From contig CAYLLY010000003.1 of NCBI GenBank assembly GCA_964384595.1, positions 198 to 64,197 of the forward strand: 64,000 bases of DNA, written 5' to 3'. Position 1 is the first letter of the stretch, and each line of letters opens with the position of its first letter. A program made the translations under genes and the position numbers. This stretch comes from an uncultured Nitrospirales bacterium (lineage in GTDB: Bacteria > Nitrospirota > Nitrospiria > Nitrospirales > NS-4). The notes beneath the pieces were generated by a model. The model ran no database searches. It saw only the letters and a list, made by a program, of their open reading frames with translations, and was not told the DNA's origin. Below are positions 52,163 through 61,595 of the stretch, in pieces.

Positions 52163-52606
52163 ATGAGGCGAACCGAATACATGGCCAAAGCCTGCGATCC
52201 AAAGACGTTGACCGTGCGGCACATCATGGAAGACGCGGTGATCACCTGCACCCCGGTGACATTGGGAGTCGCTGTGGCGCAGTTGCTGACCGACAGGAAC
52301 TTCGGGAGCGTACCCGTGGTGGACGAGAATAAGACACTTCGTGGCCTGATCAGCGAATTCGATCTGCTCAAGGCCATGACCAACGGGAAGGACTTGCGGA
52401 GGGTCATGGCCGGGGAAATCATGACTCTCGAAGAAGATCTTGTGACTGTGGCGGAAGACATGCCGATCATGGACCTCGCGAAGATCCTCGAGGAGAGCCA
52501 TTTGATCCGAGTGCCGGTTGTGACGGGCAAGACACTCATCGGGATCGTGGCGAGACGGGATGTTGTCTACGGGTATCTCAGGGCCGTCGCCCATTACTGG
52601 CCGTGA
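52163..52606 (+). CDS. CBS-domain pair protein
   Basis: RBS aggaaggagg. Two CBS-type units (VRHIMEDAVITCTP...SVPVVDENKTLRGLISEFDLLKAM; GEIMTLEEDLVTV...IRVPVVTGKTLIGIVARRDV). Confidence 0.84.
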   Translation: MRRTEYMAKACDPKTLTVRHIMEDAVITCTPVTLGVAVAQLLTDRNFGSVPVVDENKTLRGLISEFDLLKAMTNGKDLRRVMAGEIMTLEEDLVTVAEDMPIMDLAKILEESHLIRVPVVTGKTLIGIVARRDVVYGYLRAVAHYWP

Positions 52607-52914
52607 CAGTCGAAACAGTCTGGTGCGCTGTAGCGAAACGCCCCCTGAGTTCATCAGCAGTGTTGACGTCTGGCGGAGATAGGTCGGAAGGCATGGGACA
52701 ACATCGTCCCAAGAGGGTGCTGCTGTCCAAATTCTGAAAAGCGTTTATCCTTCAATGAGTTGCGCACTTTTGATGTCCTGAGTCCTTCGATATTTCCCGT
52801 GGTTCGAGACAGATCAATTCTCAAAACTTCGGCTTGAATCACTTTATGCGGTGAATTCCCGCTGTTTCCCTGGCGAATTTGGGATTCCGGTGCCAGTCAG
52901 GCCAAAAATTCCCA

Positions 52915-52930
52915 TGGCATAGGGCTTGCT
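52915..52930 (+). promoter_or_regulatory. Sigma-54 (-24/-12) promoter candidate upstream of the radical-SAM block
   Basis: TGGCAT-AGGGC-TTGCT with exact GG-N10-GC spacing. Same half-sites as the 22243 site. About 70 nt upstream of ATG53001, within a ~390-bp lower-GC gap. Confidence 0.5.
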
Positions 52931-53000
52931 CACTCTCCTTGGTTCTAAAGCGGTTGCGCATGGTTTCTGAGGAGTCCGGCGCAGAACCAGGGAGGGAGAG

Positions 53001-54131
53001 ATGCCTACTACCGAGCGCTCGCGGGCCAAACGGACGTACCTGCCTCATCTCATTGCCTGGGAGGTGACCCGGAGTTGCAACCTGAACTGCAAACATTGCC
53101 GGGCCGCCGCGCGATTCGGTCCCTACCCCGGCGAGCTCAGCACGGAGGAGTGCCGCCGGTTCCTGGATGATGTGGCCTCGTTCAGCAGCCCCATCATGAT
53201 CCTCACGGGGGGCGAACCCATGCTGCGTGACGATATCTATGACATCGCCGCGTACGGGACCTCGCTGGGTCTGCGAATGGTCATGTCGCCCTGCGGACTC
53301 CTGATGACGGAGGAAAATACCCGCCGCATGTTGGAGGTCGGGATCAAGCGGATCAGCCTCAGCGTTGATGGAGCCGACGCCGCCACGCACGACGGGTTTC
53401 GTGGGATGCCGGGTGCGTTCGACGGTGTCATGCATGCGGTAGAGCTGGCCAGGCGCGTCGGGATGGAGTTCCAGATCAACACCACCATCTCTCGGCACAA
53501 CCTGCATCAGCTTCCGGAGATCCTGGATCTGTCGCTCCAGCTCGGCGCCGTGACATGGTACCCGTTCCTCCTGGTCCCGACCGGAAGAGGGTCCGCCCTG
53601 GTCGAATGGGAGCTGTCGCCCGTGGAATACGAAAAGACGATCGGCTGGATCTATGAGCAGCAGGAACGCCTGGCCATCGGCATCAAGCCGACGTGCGCTG
53701 CTCACTATCAGCGGGTGTTCCGGCAGAAGGCGTGGGAGAGCGGCCACAAGGCGACCTGCTTCACTCACGGCCAGGCCGCATCGGGCGGGATGCATGCGAT
53801 GACCAAGGGGTGCATGGGAGGGTCCTCGTTTGCGTTCGTGTCGCATGTGGGGAAGGTCCAGATCTGCGGGTTTCTCGAGGTCGAGTGCGGGGACATCCGC
53901 CGGGAGCCGTTCAGCCGGATATGGGAGACGTCGCCGGTCTTCCTCGAAATGCGCAACGAAGACGGCTACGGGGGCCGATGCGGGGTGTGCGAGTTTCGGA
54001 AAGTCTGCGGCGGCTGCCGGGCGAGGGCCTTTGCGATGACGGGCGATTATCTCGCGGAAGAGCCCTATTGCACCTACGAGCCCAAGCTGGCCAGGGCTTC
54101 CGCGGGAGGCCGTCTGCAGGCGGGGGAATAG
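53001..54131 (+). CDS. Radical SAM / SPASM-domain protein of the NirJ / AhbC / AhbD (haem-modifying) type
   Basis: HLIAWEVTRSCNLNCKHCRAAA (CxxxCxxC). C-terminal Cys cluster CGFLEVECGD...GRCGVCEFRKVCGGCRARA. Confidence 0.86.
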   Translation: MPTTERSRAKRTYLPHLIAWEVTRSCNLNCKHCRAAARFGPYPGELSTEECRRFLDDVASFSSPIMILTGGEPMLRDDIYDIAAYGTSLGLRMVMSPCGLLMTEENTRRMLEVGIKRISLSVDGADAATHDGFRGMPGAFDGVMHAVELARRVGMEFQINTTISRHNLHQLPEILDLSLQLGAVTWYPFLLVPTGRGSALVEWELSPVEYEKTIGWIYEQQERLAIGIKPTCAAHYQRVFRQKAWESGHKATCFTHGQAASGGMHAMTKGCMGGSSFAFVSHVGKVQICGFLEVECGDIRREPFSRIWETSPVFLEMRNEDGYGGRCGVCEFRKVCGGCRARAFAMTGDYLAEEPYCTYEPKLARASAGGRLQAGE

Positions 54132-54172
54132 AGAAATGATGAGCGGCGAGGCCCAACCAAGGAGGTGCTGCG

Positions 54173-54517
54173 ATGGTCGGTGAGAGCTTCGTGCTGGGAG
54201 TGGTGACATTGGTGGGGGTGGTGGCGTTCGTGTACGGGATTCTGTCCGTTTCTTCGCAGGGACAGATTCTTCATGGGGTCCGCAAGCGGTTCTTCTGCGA
54301 TGGAAAGCAGCAAGTGGTGGATGTGGATTTTGTGGAGGTGAACCGCAACAAGTATGACGTGGCGTCCTGCACGGCGTTCGTGGAGGACCAAAACATCTCC
54401 TGCGACAAGCACTGTGTGAAAATCCTGGAGGAAGACGTGTCGCAGGCCGACGGGAAGGGAAAAGTGCTGAATCAGGTTCGGGCGCCGCAGCCGGCCTTTC
54501 CGGGCGACGGACGATAA
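54173..54517 (+). CDS. Small membrane-anchored Cys-containing protein
   Basis: Strong RBS aaggagg. N-terminal TM helix FVLGVVTLVGVVAFVYGILSV. Four Cys (FFCDG, VASCTAF, ISCDKHC). Confidence 0.6.
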   Translation: MVGESFVLGVVTLVGVVAFVYGILSVSSQGQILHGVRKRFFCDGKQQVVDVDFVEVNRNKYDVASCTAFVEDQNISCDKHCVKILEEDVSQADGKGKVLNQVRAPQPAFPGDGR

Positions 54518-54554
54518 GACCACGCCGATCGCGGCGAGGTGAGGAGGTACGACC

Positions 54555-55151
54555 ATGGATTGGATTTTGGGTCTGGGGACGACGGTGGCGCTTCTTCTGG
54601 CGATCGGCTATGGGATCAACTCGCTTCTGCAAAGCAGGAAGGTGACGGTGTTTCCTCTCCTGCGCGTCAAAGAAGGCGGGGTCTCCCGGGATGTGCTTCA
54701 TATGACGCAGGGGCAGGGGTCAAACACAGGAGAAAAGAGAGGTGAGGACATGATCTCGGTAGAGCAAGTCATCTCAAAGAAGGGAGTGCTGAAGATCAGC
54801 CTCCGGGACTCCGCTCAAAAAGCGGCGGCCGTCATGGCGGAGCATAGTGTGGGCAGCCTGTTTGTGGAGGAAGACGGCAGGGTCCAGGGTATCGTCACCG
54901 AAACGGATATCGTGCGGAAAGTGGTCGCCGCCAACCGTCCATTGTCCGTCACGGCGGTGGGTGAGATCATGAGCGCTCCGTTGATCACGATCGACCGCGC
55001 GCGGTCTGTGGCGGAGGCGGACGAGCTGATGAGCCGTCACCATATCCGGCACTTGGCCGTGACCGACGAGGGGCGTGTCGTCGGAGTCCTGTCGGTTCGC
55101 GATCTCCTGCGTCCGATCGAGACGGCCGAGCCTGCGGCGCAGGGTGCCTGA
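54555..55151 (+). CDS. TM-anchored CBS-domain pair protein
   Basis: RBS gaggtgaggagg. N-terminal helix ILGLGTTVALLLAIGYGI, then two CBS units. An in-frame alternative start at ATG54750 also has a strong RBS (gagaggtgagg). Confidence 0.78.
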   Translation: MDWILGLGTTVALLLAIGYGINSLLQSRKVTVFPLLRVKEGGVSRDVLHMTQGQGSNTGEKRGEDMISVEQVISKKGVLKISLRDSAQKAAAVMAEHSVGSLFVEEDGRVQGIVTETDIVRKVVAANRPLSVTAVGEIMSAPLITIDRARSVAEADELMSRHHIRHLAVTDEGRVVGVLSVRDLLRPIETAEPAAQGA

Positions 55152-55175
55152 ACAACGCGCCGATTCGCCTGTTTG

Positions 55176-56420
55176 ATGGGAGTGCGGAACGGTGAGAGGC
55201 CGGATGTCCTGATCGTCGGGGCGGGGATTGGCGGGCTCACCCTGGGTCTCTTGCTGGGGGAGCGGGGCCATCGCGTCACGGTTCTGGATGATCGGGAGTA
55301 CGTTGAACCGCTTTACCGGCCGGAGTTGCTCCAGCCGGCCGGCCTTGAGGTGCTGGACGCGCTGGGTGTCCTGGACAAGCTCGCGTCCCGTGGAGCGGTC
55401 CGATGCGAGATCTTCGACTTCCTGTCCACGGCCGGCCGGCGCCTCTGCCGGGTGGATTATCGCAGGTTGGATCACCGGTTTCCCCATACCCTGATCGCCT
55501 TTCCCCACCTGACCCAGGCCGCCCTGCTCGAGAGGTTGTCGAGGTACCCGACGGTCCGGGTCCGGCGTGGATGCTCGCTCTACTGGCTTGTTCGATCCCG
55601 TGACGGCCTTTCCCATGTGACGCTTTGGGAGCACGGCGAACTCAAACGCCTCTCGGCCGGGGTCGTCATCGGGGCGGACGGCAGACATTCCCGGGTCCGC
55701 AGGGCTGCCGGCATCCGGACGGTCCGGACTTCCTACCGTGACGCGTTTCTCACCTTGATGGTGAAACGCCCCCCGGGCTTTGGAGACGCGATCCGGTACT
55801 ACGTGGGTCGGCGGCAGATTCTCGGCATGTTCCCGGCCTCGCCCGACGGCCTGTGTCTCCTCTACATGGTTCCGGCTGAGGGGTTCAGCGCGGTGAAGGC
55901 CCGCGGACTCCCTGCGCTGAAGGACGAGATCGCGGCCATGGATGGAGACGCGGCGGGCGTGCTCTCGGAGGTGGTCGCATGGGACCGGATCTCCTACCTG
56001 GACTGCCAGACCACGCAGGCCGGCTCATGGGTGGCGGATGGGGTGGCGCTCCTGGGTGATGCCGCGCATACGTGTCATCCCCACGTCGCTCAGGGCGGCA
56101 CTCAAGCCATGCTGGACGCGACGGCCTTGGCTCCGGTGTTGACTCGATGCCTGGAAGACGGAGACTGCTCGGCGGAACGGCTTTCGGCTTATGAAGAAGC
56201 CCGCCGTCCGGTCGTGGAGAAGCTCCAGCGGATTGCCCACGAATACGCCTGGCTCTGGAACACCGGCAATCCTTTTCTCGCATGGCTGCGTGATCGCATG
56301 TTCAGCGAAATCGGACGGCGGCCCCGGCTCCTTTCGAAAGTGATGGAGACCGAGGCCGGGCTGCGCGTGGCGCCGCTCACTGTCGCTGAACGGCTCCAAG
56401 CGCTGGGGGTGTTTTCATGA
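55176..56420 (+). CDS. FAD-dependent monooxygenase (paralog of 39789-41105)
   Basis: VLIVGAGIGGLTLGLLLGERGHRVTVLDD. GDAAHTCHPHVAQGG. C-terminal block LWNTGNPFLAWLRDRMF...RPRLLSK shared with the paralog. Confidence 0.84.
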   Translation: MGVRNGERPDVLIVGAGIGGLTLGLLLGERGHRVTVLDDREYVEPLYRPELLQPAGLEVLDALGVLDKLASRGAVRCEIFDFLSTAGRRLCRVDYRRLDHRFPHTLIAFPHLTQAALLERLSRYPTVRVRRGCSLYWLVRSRDGLSHVTLWEHGELKRLSAGVVIGADGRHSRVRRAAGIRTVRTSYRDAFLTLMVKRPPGFGDAIRYYVGRRQILGMFPASPDGLCLLYMVPAEGFSAVKARGLPALKDEIAAMDGDAAGVLSEVVAWDRISYLDCQTTQAGSWVADGVALLGDAAHTCHPHVAQGGTQAMLDATALAPVLTRCLEDGDCSAERLSAYEEARRPVVEKLQRIAHEYAWLWNTGNPFLAWLRDRMFSEIGRRPRLLSKVMETEAGLRVAPLTVAERLQALGVFS

Positions 56421-57502
56421 GATCCGGCTGCGCGCGACACACGAATACATCCTGCCTTCGCGCACAGGCCATCCTTGCCAAGTGCGAGACAGGCGACCCT
56501 CTCGATCTTGAGGATGTTGCGCATCTCTTAAAACAGGAGAATCACTACGTTCGGGAAAGGGTTGCTCTCGCTGCCGGGCATCTGAAGGAGCGCCATTTCG
56601 GGAGGCGCATCGTTCTCTTTGCTCCGCTGTACCTTTCCAATGAGTGTGTGAACAACTGTCTCTACTGCGGCTTTCGTCGCGACAATGCGACTGTTCCCAG
56701 AAGGACGCTGACCGTGCCTGAGGCGGTGCGGGAAGCCGAGGTCCTGGCCGACCGGGGTTTTCGCCGTGTCTTGCTGGTCACGGCCGAACACCCCGGCCAC
56801 GCGTCCATCGGATATTTGTGCCGTGTCGTGGAGGCGATTCTCCGTGAGACCCGCATCAGGGAGATCGGCGTCAATGCCGCGCCGATGCCGACCGAGGACT
56901 TCCGCGCCTTGAGGGAATCCGGGGCGACGGCCTATCAGTGTTTTCAGGAAACCTACCAGCCGCGAGTCTACGGTCTGGTCCACCCGTCGGGGAAGAAACG
57001 GGACTACATGTGGCGCGTTGACGCGCTGGACCGCGCTTTGACGGCCGGCTTCAGGCAGGTCGGCTTGGGTGTGCTGCTGGGGCTGTGGGACTTTCGCGGC
57101 GATGTGCTGGCGATGGTCGCCCATGCCCGGCAACTCCTGTATCGATTCGGGAGCCTCCGAGTGATTGTGTCGTTGCCGCGATTCAGGACGGCGGCGGGCG
57201 CTGCGCTGGCGCATCCCCCGTTTCCGGTCACTGATTCGCAGTTTCTGCAGTCCGTCGCCGTCTGCCGCCTGGCCTTGCCGACGGCTGAGATCGCGATCTC
57301 GACCCGCGAGCGACAAGGGTTCCGCGAGGTTCTGATGAAGTGCGGCGCCTCGATGATGAGCGCGGGGTCGGTGACGTGGCCGGGCGGGTACTCGGGAGTC
57401 TCGGGATCAGGTGCGACCGGGCAGTTCACCATTGAGGATTGCAGGTCGGTTGGACAGGTGTGTGCCGCACTCAGCTCGCGGGGACTGAGCCCGGCTTTTT
57501 AA
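56417..57502 (+). CDS. Radical SAM enzyme of the ThiH / HydG (tyrosine-lyase) family
   Basis: ATGA overlap with the previous gene. APLYLSNECVNNCLYCGFRRDN closely follows the ThiH pattern PLYLSN.C.N.C.YCGF. 361 aa. Confidence 0.84.
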   Translation: MRSGCARHTNTSCLRAQAILAKCETGDPLDLEDVAHLLKQENHYVRERVALAAGHLKERHFGRRIVLFAPLYLSNECVNNCLYCGFRRDNATVPRRTLTVPEAVREAEVLADRGFRRVLLVTAEHPGHASIGYLCRVVEAILRETRIREIGVNAAPMPTEDFRALRESGATAYQCFQETYQPRVYGLVHPSGKKRDYMWRVDALDRALTAGFRQVGLGVLLGLWDFRGDVLAMVAHARQLLYRFGSLRVIVSLPRFRTAAGAALAHPPFPVTDSQFLQSVAVCRLALPTAEIAISTRERQGFREVLMKCGASMMSAGSVTWPGGYSGVSGSGATGQFTIEDCRSVGQVCAALSSRGLSPAF

Positions 57503-57532
57503 CAGGGCGAGGGGGGGGTAAGGAGTCAAGGC

Positions 57533-59080
57533 GTGTACAAGACCATCTACGTGCCGGTGGACAACTCGGACTGCTCCAACTGCGCCGTTGATCTGGCTGT
57601 GATGCTGGGCAAGCGCCTTGGCGCTCGGGTCATCGGGAGCCACGTCTATGCGGCGCGCATGCATGAGCGACGGTTCAAGCAGATGGAGGCCGGGCTCCCG
57701 GAGGAATACCACGAGGAGACCGTCCTGGAGCGGCAACGGAAAATCCATGACTCGTTGATTTTCCGGGGCTTGCAAATCATCACGGATTCCTATCTCGACC
57801 GTGTCGAGCGCACGTGCTCCGACGCGAACCTCCCGTTCGAACGGCGCACATTGGAAGGCAAGAACTATAAGGCTCTTGTCGAGGATATCGACACGCACCG
57901 GTACGATCTCGTCGTGATGGGCGCATTCGGGCTCGGAGCCGTGAGCGAGAGCGATATCGGAAGCGTCTGCGAGCGCGTCGTCCGGCGGGTCAGGTCGTCG
58001 GACATCCTCGTGACCAAGGATACGCGGCCGATGAACGGCGGCAACATCATGGTCGCGCTCGACGGCAGTCCCCACGCCTTCGGCGGGCTCAGGACGGCCG
58101 TGGCCTTGGGTCAGGCCCTCGGCGTCCCGGTGGACGTGGTCGCGGCCTTCGACCCATATTTTCACTATGCGGCCTTTCACAGCATCGGAGCGGTCCTGTC
58201 AGAGGAAGCCGGGCGGGTCTTCCGGTTCCGGGAGCAGGAGAAGCTTCACGAAGAAATCATCGACAGCGGTCTGGCGAAGATCTACCACTCCCAGCTCGAC
58301 ATCGCGCGGGACATCGCGCGGAGCATGGGCTCCGACATCACCACGTCACTGTTGGACGGCAAACCCCTGCAGAAGCTGCTGCAACGCGTCAAGCAGAGTC
58401 GGCCTTGGCTTCTGATCATGGGCCGCGTCGGCATTCATAGTGACCAAGATCTGGATATCGGGAGCATCACGGAACGACTCCTGCGGGAGGCGTCTTGCCA
58501 TGTGCTGATCTCAAACCAAACGTCTACGCCTCCCCTCCAGACCGCGGCGCAGCACACCGTCGTCTGGTCCGAAGAGGCGGCCCGGCGGATGGCGCGGATG
58601 GGGATGCCGGCATGCGCGCGGGTCGGCATCATGCAGTACGCGATCGAGCAAGGACATTCCGTCATCACGACCTCCGTGATGGACACGGCCATCGCTCGTC
58701 TGATGCCGGGAAGCCACGGCGTTGCGACCGAGAGGCCGGCGGCGGCGACGCGACTCATCTATCGGTGTGGGAATTGCGGACATGTGGCGAAAGACGAGCA
58801 GCCTCATGCCTGTCCCGTCTGCGGCGCGGTTCGCGCGCGGTTCACCACGGAAAACGTGGCGGCGCTCCAGTCGGGACGGTCGACCGAAGGGCCGTTGACA
58901 TGCGAGGCGGCTTTTGACGGGACGAGCCTTGAGTGGACCCGGGAAGCGCGCGAGCTGTTGCAAGGAGCGGCGACCGAGATTGAACGCCGCAGACTCCGGG
59001 CGGAAGTCGAAAAGAGCGCGCGTCGGCTGGGGCTGACCACGATCACGAAAGCGCTCTGCCTGCCCTTCGTCGAGCCATGA
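57533..59080 (+). CDS. Tandem universal-stress-protein domains fused to PCP_red-like helical domains and a rubredoxin-like Zn-ribbon
   Basis: GTG after aaggag. Two USP units (IYVPVDNSDCS..., IMVALDGSPHA...). CGNCGHV...CPVCGA. C-terminal LEWTREARELLQ...RRLRAEVEKSARRLGLTTIT. Confidence 0.8.
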   Translation: MYKTIYVPVDNSDCSNCAVDLAVMLGKRLGARVIGSHVYAARMHERRFKQMEAGLPEEYHEETVLERQRKIHDSLIFRGLQIITDSYLDRVERTCSDANLPFERRTLEGKNYKALVEDIDTHRYDLVVMGAFGLGAVSESDIGSVCERVVRRVRSSDILVTKDTRPMNGGNIMVALDGSPHAFGGLRTAVALGQALGVPVDVVAAFDPYFHYAAFHSIGAVLSEEAGRVFRFREQEKLHEEIIDSGLAKIYHSQLDIARDIARSMGSDITTSLLDGKPLQKLLQRVKQSRPWLLIMGRVGIHSDQDLDIGSITERLLREASCHVLISNQTSTPPLQTAAQHTVVWSEEAARRMARMGMPACARVGIMQYAIEQGHSVITTSVMDTAIARLMPGSHGVATERPAAATRLIYRCGNCGHVAKDEQPHACPVCGAVRARFTTENVAALQSGRSTEGPLTCEAAFDGTSLEWTREARELLQGAATEIERRRLRAEVEKSARRLGLTTITKALCLPFVEP

Positions 59081-59096
59081 GCCGGTGAGGAACTGA

Positions 59097-60050
59097 ATGC
59101 AGTACGTCTATGGACCCGTGCTTTCGCGAAGGCTGGGCCAGTCGCTGGGGGTCGATCCGGTTCCGCTCAAGACCTGCAACCTGAACTGCGTCTACTGTCA
59201 ACTCGGTCCGACACCCGTCGGCAGTTGGACGGAAGCGGTTTATCCGCCGCTCTCGGTGATCCTCATGGAAGTCGGTGAGGCCTTGGCATCGGCACAGGAC
59301 CTCGACTACGTGACCATCTCCGGATCCGGTGAACCGATGCTGTATGGAGACATCGCGGCGTTAATCAGAGCTATCAAGGACATGACAGAGGTGCCGGTGG
59401 CTGTCGTCACCAATGGGACGCTGCTTACTTTCCAGACCGTGCGGGAAGCGCTGTATCAGGCCGATGTCGTGCTCCCCTCCCTGGATGCGGCCGATAACCG
59501 GACCTACAACCGTATCGTTCGCCCTCCGGGCGGGTTGAGTGTCGAGCAGGTCATTGCCGGGCTCGCCACGTTCCGTCGGCATTTTGCCGGGCAGATCTGG
59601 CTGGAGATCATGCTGGTCCGCGGGCTGAACGACACCCCGGAGCAACTTGAACGGCTGAAGATCATGATGGACTTCATCCTGCCGGACCGCATCCATCTCA
59701 ACACCGTGGTCAGGCCGCCGGCGGTGAAATCGGCGCTGCCGGTCGCTCCGGAGCGCATGGCCGCGATCGCCGCGTACTTTGGGCCCGCTTGTGAAGTGAT
59801 CGCCGAGCATCCGGACGCCGCGCCACTACCGCCCGTCGAGGCGCTGGCTGAGCGGCTCGTCGAGATCGTCACGCGCCACCCCGCGACGCTCAGCGAGCTC
59901 GCCGAGACGCTGGGGACATTACCGTCCCTGGTGGCTGGGCGCTTGGTGGAACTCGCAGCGGAAGGCGTGATCGAGACGCGGTTCCATCACGGCCGTCTGT
60001 ATTACGTCGCAAATCGCGCGAATGACGGATTGGTCGGGCTCAAGCCATGA
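59097..60050 (+). CDS. Radical SAM protein (uncharacterised subfamily) with C-terminal winged-helix-like tail
   Basis: YGPVLSRRLGQSLGVDPVPLKTCNLNCVYCQLG (CxxxCxxC). GSGEPMLY. Confidence 0.84.
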   Translation: MQYVYGPVLSRRLGQSLGVDPVPLKTCNLNCVYCQLGPTPVGSWTEAVYPPLSVILMEVGEALASAQDLDYVTISGSGEPMLYGDIAALIRAIKDMTEVPVAVVTNGTLLTFQTVREALYQADVVLPSLDAADNRTYNRIVRPPGGLSVEQVIAGLATFRRHFAGQIWLEIMLVRGLNDTPEQLERLKIMMDFILPDRIHLNTVVRPPAVKSALPVAPERMAAIAAYFGPACEVIAEHPDAAPLPPVEALAERLVEIVTRHPATLSELAETLGTLPSLVAGRLVELAAEGVIETRFHHGRLYYVANRANDGLVGLKP

Positions 60051-61483
60051 TGGCCGGGATGTTTTCGGCGGTGGTTTCGAGCGAGGTGGTGCCTCGATGG
60101 GGATCCGTGTGGGTTCGAGTGCGTGACGGCCTGGCATCACTCCGGCTTGCCATTATTCTGTTCATCACGATCGCGATCGTGGCCACGATCGGCACCGTCA
60201 TCCCGCAAGGCGAGCCGGGCGAACGATACGTCGGCGCATACGGGGAGGTCGTCGCGCGGTGGCTCCGGACGCTGGGCCTCACCGACCTCTATCATGCCTG
60301 GTGGTTTGCCGGGCTACTCGTCCTGCTCTGCGTCAATTCTCTCACCTGTTTTTTCAAGCGCTTTCCGGCGATCTGGCGCTCGGTCCGCCAGGACAGGACC
60401 GGCGTCACGCCGCAGTTCATTTCGAGCCTCGATCACAACCTCCGTCTGGACGCGGCGGCTGAGAAAGAATCGCTGGCCTGCGAGATCGCCGCGACGCTGG
60501 CCGGGAAAGGGTATCGCGTCCTCGTCGAGCGGGGCGCGGGAGAATTGACGTTGTTCGCGTCCAAGGGCGTCATGGGTCGAGTCGGGGCCCACGTCGCCCA
60601 CCTGAGCGTTCCCGTGATCCTCCTTGGGGGGCTCATCGGAGTCCTGTTCGGGTTCAAGGATTTCGGGGCCGGTGTGGAAGGCGAGACATACTACATTGCT
60701 CAGGGCGGCTTTCATCTCAGGGTGGATCGGTTCTGGATGGATTACTACGACACGGGGGCGGTGAAATCCTACAACAGCACCCTCACGGTGGTCGACCAAG
60801 GCAAGGACATCCTTACGAAAACGATCCGAGTCAACGACCCCTTGGAGTACAAGGGCATCAGGTTCTACCAATCGAGCTATGGGGACGTGTGGGATCGTGT
60901 CGAGAAGGTACGGGTCCTTGTCTCGGACCGGGAGACAGGCCGGATGCTGCAGGACGTATTGTTGGAGTGGCGGAAAGAGACCGTGCTGGAGGACCTCGGG
61001 CTCACCTTGGCCGCGACCGAGTTCGTGGCGGACTTCGGATTCGATCCGCACAAGAAGGCGGTGTTTTCCAAGTCGATCGAGCACCGCAACCCCGCCGTGA
61101 AAATCACGGTCGCCGAAGGGGACCGCCTCAGAGCCTCTCCGTGGCTGCTGTACGAGTTCCCCGATCTTGTCCAGGTGCAGGGCTCGAAGTATGACTTTGA
61201 GCTTGTCGGCTATATGCCCCGAAAATTCACGGGGCTCCAGATCGCCAAGGACCCCGGCGCGTGGCTGGTCTGGGTCGGCTCCACGGCGCTGGTGGTGGGA
61301 TTGACGCTCTCGGCCTTCATCTATCACCGACGACTGTGGGTGAAGGTTCACCGCGGCAATCAGGGAAGCGTTGTGTATGTAGGAGGTTCCACCCACAAGA
61401 GCGAGATGGACTTCAGCCGCGAGTTTGCCAGCCTCGCCGAAGAGATTCGACGGTTAGGGAGCGGAGTGCAAAGCCGCCAATAG
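60047..61483 (+). CDS. resB: Cytochrome c biogenesis protein ResB/Ccs1 (system II)
   Basis: ATGA overlap with the previous gene. SLRLAIILFITIAIVATIGTVIPQG is the typical ResB N-terminus. Large periplasmic domain and a C-terminal TM helix. Confidence 0.85.
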   Translation: MMAGMFSAVVSSEVVPRWGSVWVRVRDGLASLRLAIILFITIAIVATIGTVIPQGEPGERYVGAYGEVVARWLRTLGLTDLYHAWWFAGLLVLLCVNSLTCFFKRFPAIWRSVRQDRTGVTPQFISSLDHNLRLDAAAEKESLACEIAATLAGKGYRVLVERGAGELTLFASKGVMGRVGAHVAHLSVPVILLGGLIGVLFGFKDFGAGVEGETYYIAQGGFHLRVDRFWMDYYDTGAVKSYNSTLTVVDQGKDILTKTIRVNDPLEYKGIRFYQSSYGDVWDRVEKVRVLVSDRETGRMLQDVLLEWRKETVLEDLGLTLAATEFVADFGFDPHKKAVFSKSIEHRNPAVKITVAEGDRLRASPWLLYEFPDLVQVQGSKYDFELVGYMPRKFTGLQIAKDPGAWLVWVGSTALVVGLTLSAFIYHRRLWVKVHRGNQGSVVYVGGSTHKSEMDFSREFASLAEEIRRLGSGVQSRQ

Positions 61484-61499
61484 CAGGGAGTTGGCGGGT

Positions 61500-61576
61500 G
61501 TCCCCATCGTCTAGTCGGCCAAGGACGCGGGCCTTTCGGGCCGGAAACACGGGTTCAAATCCCGTTGGGGACTCCA
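61500..61576 (+). tRNA. tRNA-Glu (anticodon UUC), CCA encoded
   Basis: Acceptor stem GTCCCCA/TGGGGAC. D stem GTCT/GGAC. Anticodon loop CTTTCGG. T arm ACGGG-TTCAAAT-CCCGT. Strong resemblance to bacterial tRNA-Glu. One G-G mismatch in the anticodon stem as I fold it. Confidence 0.85.
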
Positions 61577-61595
61577 CATAAGAGAGCACAACCAC

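Noticed and set aside
52654-52842. 62-aa minus-strand ORF in the lower-GC gap before the radical-SAM gene
   Set aside because: No RBS, atypical composition, and it lies in a probable promoter region (sigma-54 site at 52915).
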